A stretch of 25,335 nucleotides of DNA from a virus (Duplodnaviria > Heunggongvirae > Uroviricota > Caudoviricetes), in IMG/VR virus record IMGVR_UViG_2706794685_000004. One strand, written 5' to 3'. The notes beneath the pieces were generated by a model that was given only the letters and a program-made list of their open reading frames with translations, had not been told where the DNA came from and did not search any database. Shown one piece after another: positions 20,832-25,335 of the stretch. Numbering within the stretch: the first letter of the stretch is position 1; the number at the start of each line of letters is the position of its first letter. The position numbers and the translations under genes are program-made.

Positions 20832-23800
20832 ATGGCAGTAAAGATTTCAGGTGTACTGAAAGACGGCACAGGAAAACCGGTACAGAACTGCACAATCCAG
20901 CTGAAAGCAAAACGTAACAGCACCACGGTGGTGGTGAACACGCTGGCCTCAGAAAATCCGGATGAAGCCGGGCGTTACAGCATGGACGTTGAGTACGGTC
21001 AGTACAGCGTTATTCTGTTGGTGGAAGGATTCCCGCCGTCACATGCCGGGACCATCACCGTGTATGAAGATTCCCGACCCGGTACGCTGAATGATTTTCT
21101 CGGTGCCATGACGGAGGATGATGCCCGTCCGGAGGCACTGCGCCGTTTTGAGCTGATGGTGGAAGAGGTGGCGCGTAACGCGTCCGCGGTGGCACAGAAC
21201 ACGGCAGCCGCGAAGAAATCAGCCAGCGATGCCAGCACATCAGCCCGTGAGGCGGCAACCCATGCGACTGATGCTGCAGATTCAGCACGTGCAGCCAGCA
21301 CGTCAGCCGGACAGGCCGCTTCGTCGGCTCAGTCAGCGTCTTCCAGCGCAGGAACGGCATCAACAAAGGCCACTGAAGCCTCAAAAAGTGCTGCCGCTGC
21401 AGAGTCCTCAAAAAGCGCGGCGGCTACCAGTGCCGGTGCGGCGAAAACGTTAGAAACGAATGCGGCAGCGTCACAACAATCAGCAGCCACTTCTGCATCC
21501 ACCGCGACCACGAAAGCGTCAGAAGCTGCCACCTCAGCCCGGGATGCGTCGGCTTCAAAAGAGGCGGCAAAATCATCAGAAACGAACGCATCATCAAGCG
21601 CCAGTAGCGCAGCTTCCTCGGCGACGGCGGCTGCAAATTCTGCGAAGGCGGCCAAAACGTCCGAGACGAACGCCAGGTCTTCTGAAACGGCAGCGGGACA
21701 GAGTGCCTCAGCTGCGGCAGGCTCAAAAACAGCGGCTGCGTCGTCTGCCAGCGCCGCGTCAACAAGTGCCGGGCAGGCCTCAGCCAGTGCCACCGCCGCC
21801 GGAAAATCGGCAGAAAGCGCCGCATCATCCGCTTCAACAGCCACAACGAAGGCTGGCGAAGCCACTGAGCAGGCCACGGCAGCAGCGAGGTCAGCTTCCG
21901 CAGCGAAGACATCCGAAACGAACGCGAAAGCGTCGGAAACCCGTGCAGAATCCTCAAAAACGGCTGCCGCATCGTCCGCCAGTTCGGCGGCGTCATCGGC
22001 ATCATCGGCGTCTGCTTCAAAAGATGAGGCGACCAGACAGGCGTCAGCAGCGAAGGGCAGCGCCACGACGGCATCCACGAAGGCGACAGAGGCTGCTGGT
22101 AGTGCGACGGCAGCAGCTCAGAGCAAAAGTACGGCGGAATCTGCAGCAACGCGCGCTGAGACAGCGGCAAAACGGGCAGAGGATATTGCATCCGCCGTGG
22201 CGCTTGAGGATGCGAGCACGACGAAAAAGGGGATAGTACAGCTCAGTAGTGCGACTAACAGCACTTCCGAGTCACTGGCGGCAACACCAAAAGCCGTTAA
22301 GGCCGCGTATGACCTGGCTAACGGGAAATACACCGCACAGGATGCAACGACAGCACAGAAAGGGATAATCCAGCTAAGCAGCGCGACCAACAGCACGTCT
22401 GAAACGCTGGCGGCAACGCCAAAGGCAGTAAAAGCAGCCAATGACAATGCTGAGAAACGTCTGCAGAAAGATCAGAACGGTGCGGATATCCCTGGCAAAG
22501 ACACCTTTACGAAAAATATTGGTGCCTGCCGTGCCTTCGGTGGGTCAGTAAGCACAACAACAGGAAACTGGACGACTGCACAGTTTATCGAGTGGCTGGA
22601 TTCTCAGGGAGCATTTAACCATCCATACTGGATGTGCAAGGGTTCCTGGTCTTATGGCAATAATAAAATCATTACTGATACTGGCTGCGGTAATATTCAT
22701 CTCGCCGGAGCTGTCATTGAAGTAATGGGGATAAAGTCAGCGATGACGATCCGCATTACCACTCCGACCACATCCAGCGGTGGCGGAACAACCAACGCCC
22801 AGTTTACCTATATTAATCACGGAACAGATTATTCACCTGGCTGGCGAAGGGACTATAACTCCAGAAATAAGCCAACGGCATCAGAGATCGGGGCGCTACC
22901 GTCAGGTGGAACAGCAGTATCATCAGTTAATCTGGCTTCAAAAGGTCGGGTAGCCGCGCTGACAGACAATACGCAGGGGGCAGCAGGTCTTGAGTTATAC
23001 GAGGTGTATAACAACGGATATCCAACAGCGTATGGAAATATCATTCACCTGAAAGGGATGACAGCCGTTGGCGAAGGTGAGTTACTCATCGGCTGGAGTG
23101 GTACAAGCGGTGCTCATGCTCCGGCATTTATTCGTTCACGACGGGATACGACCGACGCAAACTGGTCGCCGTGGGCGCAGCTTTACACCTCGGCTCATCC
23201 TCCTGCAGAGTTTTATCCAGTCGGTGCACCAATCCCGTGGCCATCAGATACCGTTCCGTCTGGTTATGCCCTGATGCAGGGGCAGACTTTTGACAAATCT
23301 GCTTACCCGAAACTTGCAGCCGCTTATCCGTCAGGCGTGATCCCTGATATGCGTGGCTGGACGATTAAGGGCAAGCCCGCCAGTGGTCGTGCCGTATTGT
23401 CTCAGGAACAGGATGGCATTAAATCGCACACCCACAGCGCCAGCGCATCCAGTACGGATTTGGGGACGAAAACCACATCGTCGTTTGATTACGGCACTAA
23501 ATCCACGAATAACACCGGGGCGCATACGCACAGTCTGAGCGGCTCTACAAGTTCAGCTGGGGCCCACCAACATAGTCAGACTGGGCCCAGAACGAATAGC
23601 GGGAGTCAACCTACTGGAATGTTTCCGGCAGGGAGTACTCAAGTTAGCGGGACTAATCAGGTTGGTATCAGTGGCTCATTAACCAGTGGCACCTCCCAAT
23701 GGGTAGGTAAATCATCTTCAGAAGGAAACCATACACACTCACTGTCCGGCACAGCAGCATCTGCGGGTGCACACGCGCATACTGTCGGTATTGGTGCTCA

Positions 23801-23915
23801 TACGCACTCTGTTGCGATTGGTTCACATGGACACACCATCACCGTTAACGCTGCTGGTAACGCGGAAAACACCGTCAAAAACATCGCATTTAACTATATT
23901 GTGAGGCTCGCATAA
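20832..23915 (+). CDS. stf: side tail fibre protein Stf, uninterrupted
   Basis: 1027 aa from ATG 20832 ([49 protein letters not shown]), as in lambda Stf. Long Ala/Ser/Thr-rich repeat core, two copies of a GI(V/I)[11 protein letters not shown](S/T)[11 protein letters not shown] repeat, and an HxH-rich C-terminus ending [11 protein letters not shown]. Confidence 0.92.
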   Translation: MAVKISGVLKDGTGKPVQNCTIQLKAKRNSTTVVVNTLASENPDEAGRYSMDVEYGQYSVILLVEGFPPSHAGTITVYEDSRPGTLNDFLGAMTEDDARPEALRRFELMVEEVARNASAVAQNTAAAKKSASDASTSAREAATHATDAADSARAASTSAGQAASSAQSASSSAGTASTKATEASKSAAAAESSKSAAATSAGAAKTLETNAAASQQSAATSASTATTKASEAATSARDASASKEAAKSSETNASSSASSAASSATAAANSAKAAKTSETNARSSETAAGQSASAAAGSKTAAASSASAASTSAGQASASATAAGKSAESAASSASTATTKAGEATEQATAAARSASAAKTSETNAKASETRAESSKTAAASSASSAASSASSASASKDEATRQASAAKGSATTASTKATEAAGSATAAAQSKSTAESAATRAETAAKRAEDIASAVALEDASTTKKGIVQLSSATNSTSESLAATPKAVKAAYDLANGKYTAQDATTAQKGIIQLSSATNSTSETLAATPKAVKAANDNAEKRLQKDQNGADIPGKDTFTKNIGACRAFGGSVSTTTGNWTTAQFIEWLDSQGAFNHPYWMCKGSWSYGNNKIITDTGCGNIHLAGAVIEVMGIKSAMTIRITTPTTSSGGGTTNAQFTYINHGTDYSPGWRRDYNSRNKPTASEIGALPSGGTAVSSVNLASKGRVAALTDNTQGAAGLELYEVYNNGYPTAYGNIIHLKGMTAVGEGELLIGWSGTSGAHAPAFIRSRRDTTDANWSPWAQLYTSAHPPAEFYPVGAPIPWPSDTVPSGYALMQGQTFDKSAYPKLAAAYPSGVIPDMRGWTIKGKPASGRAVLSQEQDGIKSHTHSASASSTDLGTKTTSSFDYGTKSTNNTGAHTHSLSGSTSSAGAHQHSQTGPRTNSGSQPTGMFPAGSTQVSGTNQVGISGSLTSGTSQWVGKSSSEGNHTHSLSGTAASAGAHAHTVGIGAHTHSVAIGSHGHTITVNAAGNAENTVKNIAFNYIVRLA
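21190..22200 (+). repeat. low-complexity Ala/Ser/Thr-rich repeat region inside stf
   Basis: About 1 kb of GC-rich imperfect repeats encoding runs such as SASSAASSA and KTSETNA. Generates spurious long ORFs in other frames and on the opposite strand. Confidence 0.8.
22227..22439 (+). repeat. two copies of an ~80 bp imperfect direct repeat (phage tail fibre repeat) inside stf
   Basis: 22227-22306 and 22359-22439 are about 75% identical by eye and encode [28 protein letters not shown] and [28 protein letters not shown]. Confidence 0.8.
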
Positions 23916-24496
23916 TGGCATTCAGAATGAGTGAACAAGCACGGACCATAAAAATTTATAACCTGCTGGCCGGAACTAATGAATTTATTGGTGAAGGTGA
24001 CGCATATATTCCGCCTCATACAGGTCTGCCTGCAAACAGTACCGATATTGCACCGCCAGATATTCCGGCTGGTTTCGTGGCTGTTTTCAACAGTGATGAG
24101 TCATCGTGGCATCTCGTTGAAGATCATCGGGGTAAAACGGTTTATGACGTGGCTTCCGGCGACGCGTTATTTATTTCTGAACTCGGCTCATTACCGGAAA
24201 ATGTCACCTGGTTATCCCCGGAAGGGGAGTTTCAGAAGTGGAACGGCACAGCCTGGGTGAAGGATACGGAAGCAGAAAAACTGTTCCGGATCCGGGAGGC
24301 GGAAGAAACAAAAAACAGCCTGATGCAGGTAGCCAGTGAGCATATAGCGCCGCTTCAGGATGCTGTGGATCTGGAGATCGCAACGGAGAAAGAAACCTTG
24401 TTGCTGGAAGCTTGGAAAAAGTATCGGGTGTTGCTGAACCGTGTTGATACATCAACTGCACCGGATATTGAATGGCCAGTAGCACCTATAGGGTAA
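23915..24496 (+). CDS. tfa: tail fibre assembly protein Tfa
   Basis: 193 aa [54 protein letters not shown], matching lambda Tfa. TAATG overlap with the stf stop. Confidence 0.92.
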   Translation: MAFRMSEQARTIKIYNLLAGTNEFIGEGDAYIPPHTGLPANSTDIAPPDIPAGFVAVFNSDESSWHLVEDHRGKTVYDVASGDALFISELGSLPENVTWLSPEGEFQKWNGTAWVKDTEAEKLFRIREAEETKNSLMQVASEHIAPLQDAVDLEIATEKETLLLEAWKKYRVLLNRVDTSTAPDIEWPVAPIG

Positions 24497-24580
24497 ATTC
24501 GTAATGATTACCTAAATACGTTATTCTTTTGTTAAAAAAGTGATTTTGCTATAGGTAGGGAGTATGTTCTTGGATTAAGA

Positions 24581-24612
24581 ATAAAAAATCGCCATGAAAG
24601 AGCTTCATGGCG
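24581..24612 (-). terminator. putative intrinsic terminator for leftward (minus-strand) transcription
   Basis: CGCCATGAA-AGAGC-TTCATGGCG hairpin (9 bp stem). On the minus strand it is followed by AUUUUUUAU; on the plus strand there is no U tract. Confidence 0.5.
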
Positions 24613-24761
24613 AGTACATAAACGTACAAAATGTGATGAAAGTAGAGTGGCGTAAGCCACTATATTAAGATATGACAATAGCGAAGAAAAGTAAATAACA
24701 TTTTATGGACGTTTAATTGTTAATTATAAAAACTAGAGTGCCCGATATTGTTTATCTTGCT

Positions 24762-24863
24762 TTAAAATAATGTACTCAAACCAAATTTTTGAGCTAAAAG
24801 CTCAAATAATATAAATGCAATAATAATGTTTAATAAGACAATTAGCTTGCTTTGTATTTTCAT
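24762..24863 (-). CDS. candidate small hydrophobic peptide, 33 aa (speculative)
   Basis: Minus-strand ATG at 24863 to TAA at 24762 encodes MKIQSKLIVLLNIIIAFILFELLAQKFGLSTLF. No clear Shine-Dalgarno, and AT-rich DNA yields hydrophobic peptides by chance. Lies between a promoter-like element and the minus-strand terminator. Confidence 0.15.
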   Translation of the reverse strand: MKIQSKLIVLLNIIIAFILFELLAQKFGLSTLF

Positions 24864-24897
24864 TTCGGAATACTGTTAAGTAACTTTGATGACCCTA

Positions 24898-24926
24898 ACA
24901 ATAGATCGGAATTTTCTTAGAGTCAA
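24898..24926 (-). promoter_or_regulatory. candidate sigma70-like promoter on the minus strand (-35 TTGACT, 17 nt spacer, -10 TATTGT)
   Basis: Minus-strand TTGACT at forward 24921-24926 and TATTGT at forward 24898-24903 with a 17 nt spacer. Promoter-like hexamers are common in AT-rich DNA. Confidence 0.2.
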
Positions 24927-25245
24927 TGGTCACTGTTTTTGCTTGCAAAGCAAATGTTTTGGTGGTTATAAGTCGTCTTAATATAGTCACGCATGCAACT
25001 TGTTCCATGCGGAGATTAAAGATTGGAATATAACGCGAAGATGGAATTAAATTACATTTGCAATAATTAATTTATTATTACTCAATAATTACCGATATTA
25101 TTATTGTAAATTAATCATTAGAATGCAAAAAGAAATGTAACGGCAAAATAAGAGGACGATAGCTGAGAAAAAAGCGTGCTTTCCCAATCTGGGGCAAATC
25201 ACGTCTGAATGACACCTGAAAACAGGTGGTAGCCTCAAGAAGGCT

Positions 25246-25335
25246 GGTGATGCTGCCAACTTACTGATTTAGTGTATGATGGTGTTTTTGAGGTGCTCCA
25301 GTGGCTTCTGTTTCTATCAGCTGTCCCTCCTGTTC
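25246..25335 (+). mobile_element. IS1: IS1 insertion sequence, left inverted repeat and start of insA (element runs off the right edge)
   Basis: GGTGATGCTGCCAACTTACTGATTTAGTGTATGATGGTGTTTTTGAGGTGCTCCAGTGGCTTCTGTTTCTATCAGCTGTCCCTCCTGTTC is the IS1 left end as I recall it. Confidence 0.9.
25301..25335 (+). CDS. insA: IS1 InsA, N-terminal 11 codons only
   Basis: GTG GCT TCT GTT TCT ATC AGC TGT CCC TCC TGT encodes (M)ASVSISCPSC, the InsA N-terminus. Confidence 0.8.
   Translation, partial: MASVSISCPSC

Noticed and set aside
21329-22236. Long ORFs in other frames and on the opposite strand across the stf repeat core (21329-22078 -, 21424-22191 -, 21460-22236 +)
   Set aside because: Artefacts of the GC-rich low-complexity repeat. 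Products are runs of Ala/Asp or Arg/Pro/Gln with no globular character, and stf in the forward frame is continuous and lambda-like.
24938-24960. Plus-strand hairpin TTTGCTT-GCA-AAGCAAA followed by TGTTTT, considered as the late-operon terminator
   Set aside because: AT-only 7 bp stem, about 450 nt beyond tfa. Plausible but weak, so it is mentioned only in the small-ORF finding.
25061-25091. Short direct repeats CAATAATTA considered as CRISPR or iteron-like
   Set aside because: Only two 9 bp copies in very AT-rich DNA, with no regular spacing or repeat-spacer structure. Recorded only as part of the AT-rich segment.
24497-25245. Search for the lambda attachment core (GCTTTTTTATACTAA) to mark a prophage end
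   Set aside because: No match found by eye. A different integrase would use a different core, so the prophage boundary cannot be placed from this window.

Overview
This window is almost entirely the late (morphogenesis) region of a lambda-like phage or prophage, in canonical lambda gene order on the + strand: cos, nu1, A, W, B, C/nu3, D, E, FI, FII, Z, U, V, G/G-T, H, M, L, K, I, J, lom, stf, tfa. Identification rests on my reading of the supplied ORF translations, which match lambda proteins as I recall them (no database search was possible). Two runs of N (3139-3389 inside A, 9283-9556 inside Z) are assembly gaps. The departures from canonical lambda are: (1) an AT-rich pair of minus-strand ORFs just left of cos; (2) a variant cohesive-end sequence; (3) a J gene 33 codons longer than lambda J with a more AT-rich 3' end; (4) a frameshifted lom; (5) an uninterrupted 3.1 kb stf; (6) an AT-rich, ORF-poor segment after tfa; (7) an IS1 left end at 25246 running off the window. 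I found no CRISPR array, tRNA or rRNA. The best candidates for uncharacterised biology are the minus-strand cassette next to cos and the small promoter-ORF-terminator unit downstream of tfa; both are inferences from sequence only.
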